Source: Clostridiales bacterium (GTDB taxonomy: Bacteria > Bacillota > Desulfotomaculia > Desulfotomaculales > VENG01). Taken from it: DNA of 64,000 nucleotides. The position numbers and the translations under genes are program-made. Of this stretch, positions 8,952-18,366 are shown in pieces. The first letter of the stretch is position 1. Each line of letters starts with the position of its first letter. The notes under the pieces were generated by a model. The model worked only from the letters and a program-made list of their open reading frames with translations, searched no databases and was not told the DNA's origin. The stretch covers positions 11,560 through 75,559 of the forward strand of contig JAIPEW010000009.1 in assembly GCA_021736985.1 (NCBI GenBank), written 5' to 3'.

Positions 8952-9000
8952 AGAACATGTGTTTTGTAATATTATAATAGGGTACGCATGTTCGTGTCAA
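8952..9000 (-). promoter_or_regulatory. sigma-A-type promoter with two LexA(Cheo)-like boxes
   Basis: Minus strand reads TTGACA-CGAACATGCGTACCCTAT-TATAAT-...AAACACATGTTC. Boxes GAACATGCGTAC and AAACACATGTTC each differ by 1 nt from GAAC-N4-GTTC. Confidence 0.5.
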
Positions 9001-9127
9001 TAAAGGAGTTATGTCATTTTTATCATTTAGTTAAATTAAAATCCTTTACCGCTACCCGTATCTGCAGTTAACTGACAGGGTGAAACGGTAAATTTTCAAG
9101 TGAGACTAAAAAATATTTTTGGGGATG

Positions 9128-9676
9128 CTACATATGAGTTGTTCCATAAAAGTTGTTCATAACTGATCTTGTAGTCATGTCATTCATAGTCGGGAGTTGG
9201 TAAAATCCACGCTGGTTCATGTATTGCCATACCTCGTAGGCCTGTTCTGCGCAATTATTGGAGCTTTGCTGGACCAGGCCGCGCAATTCAGGGTTAGCAA
9301 ATTCTAAAGCTGCAGACATCTTGTGTTTTGCTGAAGACTTATGCCACTGGAGTATGCTGCTAGCGATGTCGCAATCTTCCATTTGATTAACAGAAGTATT
9401 CGGTGTCTGCTGGCTTGGATTATCTATACCGTAAACAGGGGTTGTATTCTTTGTCATTTGATAAGGCATAGCTTCTGTTATGCTGCTCTGATTGGCTGCC
9501 TGTACCAGGTCATTGTATTCCTGGGTCATAAAGTGGATGTGGTTGTCCAGTATGGACTGGAGTTGAGGATCTTTTGTGTATGAACGATATAGTTGAAAAT
9601 TGTTAATTGTATTTATGGTGTTTGACAGAGTTTCGTTAAGTTCCATTACTTCATGGGCGCCGTAAGAAGCTGCCAT
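9128..9676 (-). CDS. spore coat protein, CotF (Coat_F) family
   Basis: GAHEVMELNETLSNTINTINNFQLYRSYTKDPQLQSILDNHIHFM is the typical Coat_F helix pattern, repeated in the C-terminal half. Confidence 0.7.
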   Translation of the reverse strand: MAASYGAHEVMELNETLSNTINTINNFQLYRSYTKDPQLQSILDNHIHFMTQEYNDLVQAANQSSITEAMPYQMTKNTTPVYGIDNPSQQTPNTSVNQMEDCDIASSILQWHKSSAKHKMSAALEFANPELRGLVQQSSNNCAEQAYEVWQYMNQRGFYQLPTMNDMTTRSVMNNFYGTTHM

Positions 9677-9801
9677 ATATAAAAAAACCTCCTTAATAAT
9701 AGACTTTTTGTATTATTAACTATTTTTATATTAATAATGCACATTTTTTTTGATAAAATTATTATATTACTGTAATTTAAGTAAGAGGTTTTAGCCAGGA
9801 G

Positions 9802-10986
9802 ATGTTTATGAAAGCAAAAGAATCACAAAAACAGGGATTGTACTATAACTTAATACTTATCTTTTTGTCTGCATTTTTCGTGTTTGTGAACTTTTATACA
9901 TCATTAACTGTTGTCCCCCTTTATGTGCTTCATCTCGGGGGAAACGTTTTTTTTGCAGGATTGCAGGGTGCTGTTTTTTATATAGCAGGAATAATTCTTA
10001 GAATCTATTTTGGGCCCCTGGCGGACAAAAAAGGCAGAAAGCTGCCGCTTTTAATAGGCGCGTTTGTTTTTGCAACATCTTCTTTAATGTTCGCAGCGGT
10101 GTCAAACTGCTGGTTATTAATTCTGATAAGAGTCTACCAGGGAATAGCACTGGCAGCCTTTTTATCCAGTGCAAGTTCTCTTGTGGCAGATATAGTTCCT
10201 CCAGAAAAAACGGGGATTTACCTGGGATTATACCGTTTAATTTTAAGCCTGTCCCTTTTAATTGGCCCTGCTGCAGCTCAAGTAATAATAGATTATTATA
10301 GTTTTGACAGCTGGTTTTTAATAAGTTTTTTTACTGGTTTAATTTCTTTTATTTTAATTATGTTTATAAAAACTGTTCCATGCTCATACAGTGGTTTTAG
10401 TATGTATAAAAATATGTCCCTGGCAATTAAAGATAAAAAACTCTGGCTTGCTTACTGGGGAGTATTTTTAATATCTACTGGATACGGGGGAATTTTAAAC
10501 TTTGTGACTATATATATCTCGCAGTCTATGGAAGCAGTTAACCCGGGGATATATTTCACGTATTTTGCCCTTGCAGGGATAGCAGGTAATCTTGCTGCTG
10601 GTTACTTATCCGACCGGTTAGGTCGCAATGTAGTAGTATGGCCCCTGGTTATGCTTCTGGCACTGGGATCAATTGTTTTATATTTTTTACCTTACGGCTC
10701 GCCTGTTTTGATTATCAGCAGTTCATTAGCTGGTATAGGTTTTTCAGGTGGAATTTCTGCTCTTATAGCATGGTTGGTAGATAAGTCTCGAGAAAATATT
10801 CGTGCTACTGTATTATCTATAGAAGAAAGTGCGATTGATTTAGGTATTGCTTTAGGTGCGTTTTTAATTGGTACAGCCAGTGGAATTACCGGGCTGCCTT
10901 TTTCCTTTTTGTTTATGGGCTTAATTGTATTTATGACTGCCTTGTACTTGTTTGTTTATACCAGTAAAAAAACGCAAGAAACTTAA
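9802..10986 (+). CDS. MFS transporter
   Basis: About 12 predicted TM helices. The GPLADKKGRK motif lies between TM2 and TM3. Confidence 0.8.
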   Translation: MFMKAKESQKQGLYYNLILIFLSAFFVFVNFYTSLTVVPLYVLHLGGNVFFAGLQGAVFYIAGIILRIYFGPLADKKGRKLPLLIGAFVFATSSLMFAAVSNCWLLILIRVYQGIALAAFLSSASSLVADIVPPEKTGIYLGLYRLILSLSLLIGPAAAQVIIDYYSFDSWFLISFFTGLISFILIMFIKTVPCSYSGFSMYKNMSLAIKDKKLWLAYWGVFLISTGYGGILNFVTIYISQSMEAVNPGIYFTYFALAGIAGNLAAGYLSDRLGRNVVVWPLVMLLALGSIVLYFLPYGSPVLIISSSLAGIGFSGGISALIAWLVDKSRENIRATVLSIEESAIDLGIALGAFLIGTASGITGLPFSFLFMGLIVFMTALYLFVYTSKKTQET

Positions 10987-11091
10987 AAAAGATAAATGCA
11001 TAAAATGTTAAATAAAGGATAATTGTAAAAAAATTATTAAAAGGTTTTTTTTATAAAATGGAGAATTAGATATATTACTTTCTCAAGAGGT

Positions 11092-11886
11092 GTGATGATT
11101 ATGAGGTACATTAAAATTTTATTTTTAACAGTATTACTGGGATTGATTATGCCGGTTAGCCTGTGGGCATCTGAAAATATTACTCCCGTAATCAAGTTAA
11201 ATGGGGCAAATATAAAGTTTGAAAAAGAAAATATGCCCTGTCCTTTTATAGATGAAAGTAAAACAATGGTTCCTTTGCGCGTATTATCAGAAAAGATGGG
11301 ATACGCAGTTACCTGGAATCAAAGAACAAAAGCAGTGGTTATAAGTAAAGACGGTAGTACTATGAAAATTTCTGATAACGGGTCGGAAGTAATTTTAAAT
11401 AATAAAAAAGTTTTGGCAGATATTAATATGATATTTAAAAGTGGGCGAATTTTTGTACCGGTAAGGTTTGTAACACAGAACTTTGGTTGTGCTGTTAATT
11501 TTATAAAAGAGAAAGGCCAATTTGTAATTACAGTTAATAATAAGGGGAATAAACTCCAGGCACCGGAAAATGTAATTTCAAGGGCGGGTAAAACGACCAG
11601 GTATATTAATAAATATGAAATGAGCTCTACTGCGTATACTTATACAGGGCATAATACTGCAACAGGAATTTCTCCCCGGCGCGGGATTGTTGCAGTTGAT
11701 CCTGAGGTTATTCCCCTCGGTACACGCTTGTATGTAGAAGGGTACGGGTACTGTGTTGCCTTGGATACAGGTGGTGCTGTAAAGGGGAAACGCATAGATC
11801 TTTTTATGCAAACAAGGAGTAAAGCACTGCGTTGGGGAAGGCGTAATGTAAACGTATACGTGTTGGAAAGTAATGAGGCGAGTTAA
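11092..11886 (+). CDS. secreted protein with copper-amine-oxidase-N-like stalk domain and C-terminal 3D (MltA-like) domain
   Basis: Signal peptide. MVPLRVLSEKMGYAVTWN... stalk domain. C-terminal VAVDPEVIPLGTRLYVEGYGYCVALDTGGAVKGKRIDLF matches a 3D domain. Confidence 0.75.
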   Translation: MMIMRYIKILFLTVLLGLIMPVSLWASENITPVIKLNGANIKFEKENMPCPFIDESKTMVPLRVLSEKMGYAVTWNQRTKAVVISKDGSTMKISDNGSEVILNNKKVLADINMIFKSGRIFVPVRFVTQNFGCAVNFIKEKGQFVITVNNKGNKLQAPENVISRAGKTTRYINKYEMSSTAYTYTGHNTATGISPRRGIVAVDPEVIPLGTRLYVEGYGYCVALDTGGAVKGKRIDLFMQTRSKALRWGRRNVNVYVLESNEAS

Positions 11887-11937
11887 AATAGTATAGTTAG
11901 AAGAGATTATGAATATATCTGCATAGCATCAATGCAA

Positions 11938-11960
11938 TCGGGCATTATGCCTGATTTTTT
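11938..11960 (+). terminator. rho-independent terminator
   Basis: Stem TCGGGCA / TGCCTGA (one G-U pair) followed by T6. Confidence 0.55.
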
Positions 11961-12098
11961 ATGTTTTAAAATAACTGTCCCTGGTTAATTATTGTAAAAG
12001 TTATAAAACAGAAAGTACTGTATACTTATGTAAATTCTATTTCTAAACATATAACTTATGTATTATAATAAACTTTGTTATTGTTAGGAGGGATAGTT

Positions 12099-13979
12099 AT
12101 GAGCAGAGTTAAAATAACCGATACTACGCTGCGTGATGGTCACCAGAGCCTGTGGGCTACAAGAATGCGCGTAGAAGATATGCTTCCGGTTGCCAAGATG
12201 CTCGACAAAATAGGTTTTCATTCTCTGGAGGTATGGGGTGGGGCTACATTCGATGTTTGTCTCCGCTATTTGAACGAGGATCCCTGGGAGCGCCTCAGGT
12301 TATTAAAAGAATATGTTTCTAATACACCGTTGCAGATGCTGCTGCGGGGGCAGTCGCTGGTGGGTTATCAGCACTATCCTGATGATATGGTAGAAAAGTT
12401 CGTTCATAAATCTGTAGAGAACGGCATTGATATCATACGTATTTTTGATGCCTTAAACGATACAAAAAATATGGAAGTACCTATCCGTGCTGGATTAGAT
12501 GCTGGGGCTCATATCCAGGCTTCCATAGTATATACCTTAAGCCCGGTTCATACTATGGATAATTATTTGAAGAATGCAGTACGCCTGGCAGAATTAGGGG
12601 CGCATTCTATATGCATAAAAGATATGGCCGGGCTGCTTTCGCCACATAAAGCTCATGAACTCGTAAAATTATTAAAAGAGAAACTGGGCTTGCCTGTTCA
12701 ATTGCACTGCCATTACACGGGTGGTATGGCGGTAGGAGCTTATATGAAAGGTGCAGAGGCAGGAGTGGATGTTATAGATACTGCTTCTTTTCCACTATCT
12801 TTTGGTACATCTCAGCCACCGGTCGAAACACTAGTGCGTATTTTCCAGGACAGCAATTATGACACGGGTTTAGACTTGCATGCCCTGTTTGATATAGCAG
12901 AGAAGTTTGAGCAGATGCGTATAAAATATGGTAAGGATAGGGGAGTTACCAGGCTAAGCGATGTGCGCGTATTTGATCATCAGGTGCCGGGAGGAATGAT
13001 TTCTAACCTTGATGCTCAATTAAAAGAGCAGAAAGCTACTGATAAGCTTCCGCAGGTATTAGATGAAATACCGCGTGTAAGAAAAGAGCTGGGTTATCCA
13101 CCCCTGGTTACGCCTACCAGTCAAATTGTAGGTACACAGGCTGTTCTAAATGTTTTAATTGGAGAACGGTATAAGATGGTGCCGGGAGAAGTGAAGGCTT
13201 ATGTGAAGGGACTTTACGGTTGTCCCCCTGCACCAGTAGATAAAGAAGTTATGAAGAGAATCTTGAAAGATGAAAAACCTTTTGAGGGTCGCCCTGCAGA
13301 TTTATTAGAACCGGTAATGGAGCGAATATATGAAGAGGCTTCGCATTTAGCTGAAAGTGAAGAGGATTATCTCTCTTATGCGATGTTTCCCCAGGTTGGG
13401 GGTAAGTTTTTAAAAGCCAGGAAGGACGGAGAAGTCAATTCTATTTCAGAAATTAACACGGGTAGTGTATCACCTGGTAAGGAGGATGAAGATATGGAAA
13501 TAAGTCATGTAAAAGAACTTGTGCAGCTAATCAACCAAACAGATGTATCGGAGTTGTCATTGGAAGATAATGGTGTTAGAATTTTTATACGTAAAGGTAC
13601 TGTAGGGTCCAGTGACATTAATGCTTCTAGCAGTATGGAAAAGGATTTAGCGAAAACAGATTCTACTGAAAAGGGAAAAACGGAAGGGAAAAAGCAGGTG
13701 GCAGAAAAGCAGGTTAAAGAAACCGTTGAGCAGCAGGATGGAATATCTATAAATGCTCCCATGGTCGGTACATTTTATCGTGCGCCTGCCCCTGATGCGG
13801 CCCCCTTTGTTGAAATAGGTGACCGGGTAGAAAAAGGGCAAACTTTGTGTATCCTGGAAGCCATGAAACTTTTTAATGAAATAGAGGCTGAAACAGCAGG
13901 AGTTATTGTTGATATAACGGTAGAAAATGCTGAACCGGTGGAATATGGCCAACCTTTATTTATAATTAAAAAAGATTAA
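12099..13979 (+). CDS. pycB: pyruvate carboxylase subunit B / oxaloacetate decarboxylase alpha-type carboxyltransferase with C-terminal biotinyl domain
   Basis: N-terminal [16 protein letters not shown]-like TIM barrel. C-terminal biotin attachment motif [13 protein letters not shown] 12099 lies after GGAGGG. Confidence 0.85.
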   Translation: MSRVKITDTTLRDGHQSLWATRMRVEDMLPVAKMLDKIGFHSLEVWGGATFDVCLRYLNEDPWERLRLLKEYVSNTPLQMLLRGQSLVGYQHYPDDMVEKFVHKSVENGIDIIRIFDALNDTKNMEVPIRAGLDAGAHIQASIVYTLSPVHTMDNYLKNAVRLAELGAHSICIKDMAGLLSPHKAHELVKLLKEKLGLPVQLHCHYTGGMAVGAYMKGAEAGVDVIDTASFPLSFGTSQPPVETLVRIFQDSNYDTGLDLHALFDIAEKFEQMRIKYGKDRGVTRLSDVRVFDHQVPGGMISNLDAQLKEQKATDKLPQVLDEIPRVRKELGYPPLVTPTSQIVGTQAVLNVLIGERYKMVPGEVKAYVKGLYGCPPAPVDKEVMKRILKDEKPFEGRPADLLEPVMERIYEEASHLAESEEDYLSYAMFPQVGGKFLKARKDGEVNSISEINTGSVSPGKEDEDMEISHVKELVQLINQTDVSELSLEDNGVRIFIRKGTVGSSDINASSSMEKDLAKTDSTEKGKTEGKKQVAEKQVKETVEQQDGISINAPMVGTFYRAPAPDAAPFVEIGDRVEKGQTLCILEAMKLFNEIEAETAGVIVDITVENAEPVEYGQPLFIIKKD

Positions 13980-14005
13980 TTAAACAATTTAAGGGGTTTT
14001 AATAA

Positions 14006-15352
14006 ATGTTTAACAAGATACTTATTGCAAACCGGGGTGAAATTGCCTTAAGAGTAATTAGGGCCTGCAAGGAGCTAAATGTTAAGTCCGTGGTGGTATA
14101 TTCTCAGGCTGATAAAGAAAGTTTGCCTGTATATATGGCTGATGAAGCATATTGTATTGGTCCACCGCCTGCTGATCAAAGTTATTTAAATATGAATAAT
14201 ATAATAAGTACTGCTCAACTCTCGGGATGTGATGCAATACATCCGGGTTATGGTTTTTTGTCAGAAAACCCTATTTTTGGTGAAATGTGCTCCGGGTCCG
14301 GGTTGGTTTTCATTGGTCCGGATAAGGAAAGCATGGTTAAAATGGGTAACAAGTCTTTTGCCCGGAAGACAATGATAGAAGCAGGCGTGCCTGTTGTTCC
14401 CGGTTCTGAAAGTGTAATAGAGGATAAAGAACATGCCCTGCGTATAGCTGAAGATATTGGTTATCCTGTTCTGGTAAAAGCTTCCGCAGGAGGAGGCGGC
14501 AGGGGAATGCGTGTTGCACAATGTGCAGAAGACCTGGAACATGCAGTGTTAACTGCTCAAAGTGAAGCACAGGCTTCGTTTAATAATAATAAGGTTTATC
14601 TGGAAAAATATGTAGAAGAACCTCGCCATATCGAATTTCAAATACTGGGAGATGGCCAGGGTAATGCCATTCACCTGGGGGAAAGAGATTGTTCTATACA
14701 GCGGCGCAACCAGAAAATAATTGAGGAATCCCCTTCAACTGCACTTAATTCCAGGCTGCGCCAAAAAATGGGGCAACTAGCTGTAGCTGCAACTAAGGCC
14801 ATAAACTATAAAGGGGCAGGGACAGTTGAGTTTTTGCTGGATAATCACAGCAATTATTATTTCATTGAAATGAATACTCGTATCCAGGTAGAACACCCGG
14901 TAACAGAAATGGTTACAGGGGTTAACCTGGTTAAAGAACAAATAAAAATAGCAGCGGGCGAAGCAATGCTGCGAAAGCAAGAGGATATTGACCTGCGCGG
15001 GTGGTCAATTGAGTGTCGTATAAATGCCGAGGACCCGGACAGAAATTTCTTGCCTTCTCCGGGAACATTGACTTATTATGCTCCTCCGGGAGGACCTGGT
15101 GTGAGAGTTGATAGTGCAGCTTATACCGGGTGGACTGTTCCTTCCAACTATGATTCCTTAATAGGTAAGCTTATCGTTTGGGGTGAAGATCGAGAAGAAG
15201 CTGTTTCAAGGATGCAAAGAGCTCTAGATGAGTATGAAATACAGGGTATAAAAACAAATATTCCTTTTCACCGCAGAGTACTGCGCAATGCTTTCTTCCG
15301 CAGGGGAGAAATATATACTAACTTTGTACAAAGAAGAATACTACCTGAATAA
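14006..15352 (+). CDS. pycA: biotin carboxylase (pyruvate carboxylase subunit A / AccC type)
   Basis: MFNKILIANRGEIALRVIRAC..., ATP-grasp GGGGRGMR, EMNTRIQVEHPVTE. Confidence 0.9.
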   Translation: MFNKILIANRGEIALRVIRACKELNVKSVVVYSQADKESLPVYMADEAYCIGPPPADQSYLNMNNIISTAQLSGCDAIHPGYGFLSENPIFGEMCSGSGLVFIGPDKESMVKMGNKSFARKTMIEAGVPVVPGSESVIEDKEHALRIAEDIGYPVLVKASAGGGGRGMRVAQCAEDLEHAVLTAQSEAQASFNNNKVYLEKYVEEPRHIEFQILGDGQGNAIHLGERDCSIQRRNQKIIEESPSTALNSRLRQKMGQLAVAATKAINYKGAGTVEFLLDNHSNYYFIEMNTRIQVEHPVTEMVTGVNLVKEQIKIAAGEAMLRKQEDIDLRGWSIECRINAEDPDRNFLPSPGTLTYYAPPGGPGVRVDSAAYTGWTVPSNYDSLIGKLIVWGEDREEAVSRMQRALDEYEIQGIKTNIPFHRRVLRNAFFRRGEIYTNFVQRRILPE

Positions 15353-15354
15353 TT

Positions 15355-15534
15355 TTACCCTTTAACGTTGTAATCTTTTGCTTTGTTGGTGAGGTTGTTC
15401 GGTGGTGTTTTATAAGGATTTTCCTTGGCGTGTTCTTCTTCAGCCGCTAAATCACGAAAACCTTCGGGGGTTCTTTCTTCGACCAGTTCACCCTTGAAGG
15501 TTTTTTGTTGATTTTGTCTTTTTTTCTTGCTCAT
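15355..15534 (-). CDS. unannotated small hydrophilic protein (59 aa, below the track cutoff)
   Basis: ATG at 15534 is preceded by GGGAGGAT. Translation is MSKKKRQNQQKTFKGELVEERTPEGFRDLAAEEEHAKENPYKTPPNNLTNKAKDYNVKG*. Convergent with pycA. Confidence 0.45.
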   Translation of the reverse strand: MSKKKRQNQQKTFKGELVEERTPEGFRDLAAEEEHAKENPYKTPPNNLTNKAKDYNVKG

Positions 15535-15675
15535 TATAATCCTCCCTTTTTTTAAAATTCATTTTATTATTATGTCGTTTTTTTAGATTCTTAGTCTATT
15601 TTTTGCTGTAAATTTGTAACAAAATTGCTTTGTATTTAATATAAATGAAAAAAAAGGAAAGGAAGGGTTGTTATT

Positions 15676-15996
15676 TTGAATAGCCGGTGGTTGGAAGATG
15701 TTAAAACGGCACTTACCCTGGAATTGCGCCAGATAGCGCTTATGGCTGAGCTTGCTCAACAACTGTCTTCGCCTGCTATGCGTATGGAAGTTATCTGCAA
15801 AATCAATGGAGAAGTAGCGGATGCATCTACATGGAATACTATATATGCATCTTTCTATGATTATTGTCCTGAACAAGGATCTAATCCAGGTTGCGGACCA
15901 GGATATGGCCCGGGATACGGATCAGGGTATGGACCAGGATACTGCCCGGGATACGGGCCCGGAACCTTTGGTGTAGGCGATAGCGAGAAAAAATAA
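15676..15996 (+). CDS. small helical protein with C-terminal (G-Y-G-P)n low-complexity tail
   Basis: Tail is GCGPGYGPGYGSGYGPGYCPGYGPG. The N-terminal helical part is paralogous to the next ORF. Confidence 0.55.
   Translation: MNSRWLEDVKTALTLELRQIALMAELAQQLSSPAMRMEVICKINGEVADASTWNTIYASFYDYCPEQGSNPGCGPGYGPGYGSGYGPGYCPGYGPGTFGVGDSEKK
15889..15966 (+). repeat. about six tandem 12-nt units (GGATAYGGNCCN) encoding GYGP repeats
   Basis: Units read ggatatggcccg ggatacggatca gggtatggacca ggatactgcccg ggatacgggccc. Confidence 0.85.
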
Positions 15997-16032
15997 CAGT
16001 TATATTAACTGATAAAAAGGGGGAGTCGTAAA

Positions 16033-16251
16033 ATGTCTTATCATAACCTGGTTAATGAGATAATTAATATTCAGCAGCAGGAAATAGAACTTTACCAAAG
16101 AATTGCCGCAGGAGCACCTACCAGTGCTTTGTGTGAATTGATAAAAAATATGATTGAAGATGAAAAACATGAGCTTATGTACTGGAAAAATTTTTCTTGT
16201 GATGGCTATGAAGGCGGGTATAGTACTTTTGATGCTGAAGAAAAAGAATAA
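16033..16251 (+). CDS. small helical protein, paralogue of the 15676-15996 N-terminal domain
   Basis: SD GGGGGAG lies upstream. EIELYQRIAAGAPTSALCELIKNMIEDEKHELMYWKNF aligns with ELRQIALMAELAQQLSSPAMRMEVICKINGEVADASTWNTIY. Confidence 0.55.
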   Translation: MSYHNLVNEIINIQQQEIELYQRIAAGAPTSALCELIKNMIEDEKHELMYWKNFSCDGYEGGYSTFDAEEKE

Positions 16252-16280
16252 CAATTTATTAATTAAGTAAATATTGTAAA

Positions 16281-16329
16281 CCCCCTTTTAAGTAGGACAA
16301 AATATGCAATATTACTTACTTAAAGGGGG
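16281..16329. terminator. bidirectional terminator between convergent genes
   Basis: Stem CCCCCTTTTAAGTA / TACTTAAAGGGGG (one bulge), followed by T-runs. Confidence 0.6.
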
Positions 16330-16344
16330 TTTTTATATTTAAAA

Positions 16345-17424
16345 CTAGTTTAAAAGAGTGATTTCCTCTTCTGACAAAATTTTAGTTATATGTAATGAGT
16401 CTTCGTTAACCAAGGATAGGACTTTGGGTTTTGATAATTTATTTAGCTGTGTATCGTATAAAATTTTTACATTGGGAAATAAAGTGTATTTCTTTGGGGT
16501 ATCCAGGGCAACGCCAACTTGACCGTTATTTAACTGTATGTGTGTTCCGGGTGGATAAACAGCTATATTATGCAGAAAAGCTTTTACAATGTCGTGGTCA
16601 ATTAAGTAACCTCCTAATGCTGCACACATTTCAAATGCTTCGTGAGATGAACACCCTTTCTTGTAAACCCTGTCTGATGTTACGGCGTCGAATTTATCTG
16701 CTATTGCAGTAACCTGGGCAAACCTGTGGATTTGTTTTCCCTTTAAACCGTATGGGTAACCGGAGCCGTTTATATGCTCGTGATGTTGAAGTGCTATCAC
16801 GGCAGGGATTTCTCCCAGATCATCTCTTTCTATTAGTAATTTATACCCGTAATATGAATGTTTTTTTATAACTGAAAATTCTTCAGGGCTTAGCCGGTCA
16901 GGTTTATTAAGTATGTAATCGGGTATATGTATTTTCCCCAGATCATGTAAAAGTGCTCCTGCACCCAATAATTTGAGGTCTTTTTGATTAAAGCCTAGAG
17001 TGATACCCGTCATTAGGCTGAGTATACTAACATTTACAGAGTGTGCAAAAGTGTAGTTGTCCTGTGTGCGAAGAGTATCTAAATTGAACATAAGAGATTT
17101 ATTAGACAGCAGTTCATAAATAAAGTTGTTTATAGTCGAGTATAATTCTTCTGTTTTAAATTCTAGTTTACCCTTTTGTTTAGCAGATGATAATATTTTT
17201 TTTACTTGATTAATAGCTGCTGTTCTTGTTTTTTTAGTAATGACATCTTTTATTTTAAATTGTCTTTCTATATAAATATAATCAATACCGAGATAGGTAA
17301 GTTTGTTTATGATATTGAGTGTAAGCCTTGTTCCTGTATCTAATAATATATTGCCGTTTTGATTGCAGATTGGTCTTGCAAGTTTCATGTCAGGCTTTAA
17401 ATCAGAAACATTTATTTTAAACAT
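16345..17424 (-). CDS. HD-GYP domain c-di-GMP phosphodiesterase
   Basis: HDLGK and HHEHINGSGYP motifs in the C-terminal half. Confidence 0.85.
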   Translation of the reverse strand: MFKINVSDLKPDMKLARPICNQNGNILLDTGTRLTLNIINKLTYLGIDYIYIERQFKIKDVITKKTRTAAINQVKKILSSAKQKGKLEFKTEELYSTINNFIYELLSNKSLMFNLDTLRTQDNYTFAHSVNVSILSLMTGITLGFNQKDLKLLGAGALLHDLGKIHIPDYILNKPDRLSPEEFSVIKKHSYYGYKLLIERDDLGEIPAVIALQHHEHINGSGYPYGLKGKQIHRFAQVTAIADKFDAVTSDRVYKKGCSSHEAFEMCAALGGYLIDHDIVKAFLHNIAVYPPGTHIQLNNGQVGVALDTPKKYTLFPNVKILYDTQLNKLSKPKVLSLVNEDSLHITKILSEEEITLLN

Positions 17425-17553
17425 TTTATCGCCTCGATAGTTTAAGTATTTCTATATTTTGGATTTATTCAAGATATTTATTTTAAAATATAAATTATCC
17501 TGCAAAAAAAATTGTAGATTTTTGTAAAAGAAAAATTAAAAGGGGTGATTTTT

Positions 17554-18237
17554 ATGAAAGAATTATTCGACGGTATGGTTGAGCATTATGACAGGTGGTA
17601 TAGTACTGCGGCAGGACGTGTGATTGACAGGATTGAAAAAGGCGTAATTTTCCAATTTTTAAATTTGCAAGCCGGTGATAATGTGCTTGACGCGGGGTGT
17701 GGAACTGGTAATTATTCTTTAGATTTGCACCAGAAAGGTTTTCGGGTTACAGGTACCGATATTTCGAAAGGTATGATAGAAAAAGCACGTAAAAAAGCAA
17801 GTTCGGAAATACAATTTATTAAGGCAGATGTTTGCAGTCTTCCTTTTGAAAGTAATAGTTTTGATTCAGCAGTGTCTGTAACTGCCCTGGAATTTGTGCC
17901 TGAAATTTATTCTGCTTTGCAGGAAATTTACCGGGTAGTTAAGGTAGGTGGCAGGATCGTTGTTGGTGTCATTGGGAAAAATAGTTCCTGGGAACGATAC
18001 TACTTGCAAAAGGCACATAAAAAGAAGAACAGTGTTTTTAACAGCGCACGCTTTTATACGCTGGGAGAGCTTAGAAGTTTAATGCCGGGCAGATTAATAG
18101 GGGCCCGTGCAGCTCTTTTTATACCCCCGCATTTTGATTTTAGCCAGCAAGACGTGGTGATGCAGTTGGAGACTGCTGCCAGGGAAAGGGGACGTGAAGA
18201 TGGAGGGTTTATTTGTGCTGCTTCAATAAAAGAGTGA
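17554..18237 (+). CDS. class I SAM-dependent methyltransferase
   Basis: Motif I VLDAGCGTGNYS, post-I DISKGMIE, and a Methyltransf_11-like layout. Confidence 0.8.
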   Translation: MKELFDGMVEHYDRWYSTAAGRVIDRIEKGVIFQFLNLQAGDNVLDAGCGTGNYSLDLHQKGFRVTGTDISKGMIEKARKKASSEIQFIKADVCSLPFESNSFDSAVSVTALEFVPEIYSALQEIYRVVKVGGRIVVGVIGKNSSWERYYLQKAHKKKNSVFNSARFYTLGELRSLMPGRLIGARAALFIPPHFDFSQQDVVMQLETAARERGREDGGFICAASIKE

Positions 18238-18326
18238 TTTTAGAAAATATTATTTTTTTTTAAAAAATTAATATTTTCTAAAAGGAGTTTTGTGATTTTT
18301 GTTGAAAATTGTCTTATAGCTTTATA

Positions 18327-18341
18327 TGAAACACTGTTTCA
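18327..18341. promoter_or_regulatory. perfect 7-1-7 palindrome TGAAACA-C-TGTTTCA upstream of panB (candidate operator)
   Basis: Exact inverted repeat 26 nt upstream of the panB ATG. Same 7-1-7 geometry as the classical IclR box TGGAAATnATTTCCA. Confidence 0.45.
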
Positions 18342-18366
18342 AATATAGTAACAAGGAGATGGTATT

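Noticed and set aside
15889-15966. Short tandem repeats considered as a possible CRISPR or minisatellite.
   Set aside because: The 12-nt in-frame units have no spacers and encode GYGP repeats within an ORF. No CRISPR-like repeat-spacer array exists anywhere in the window.
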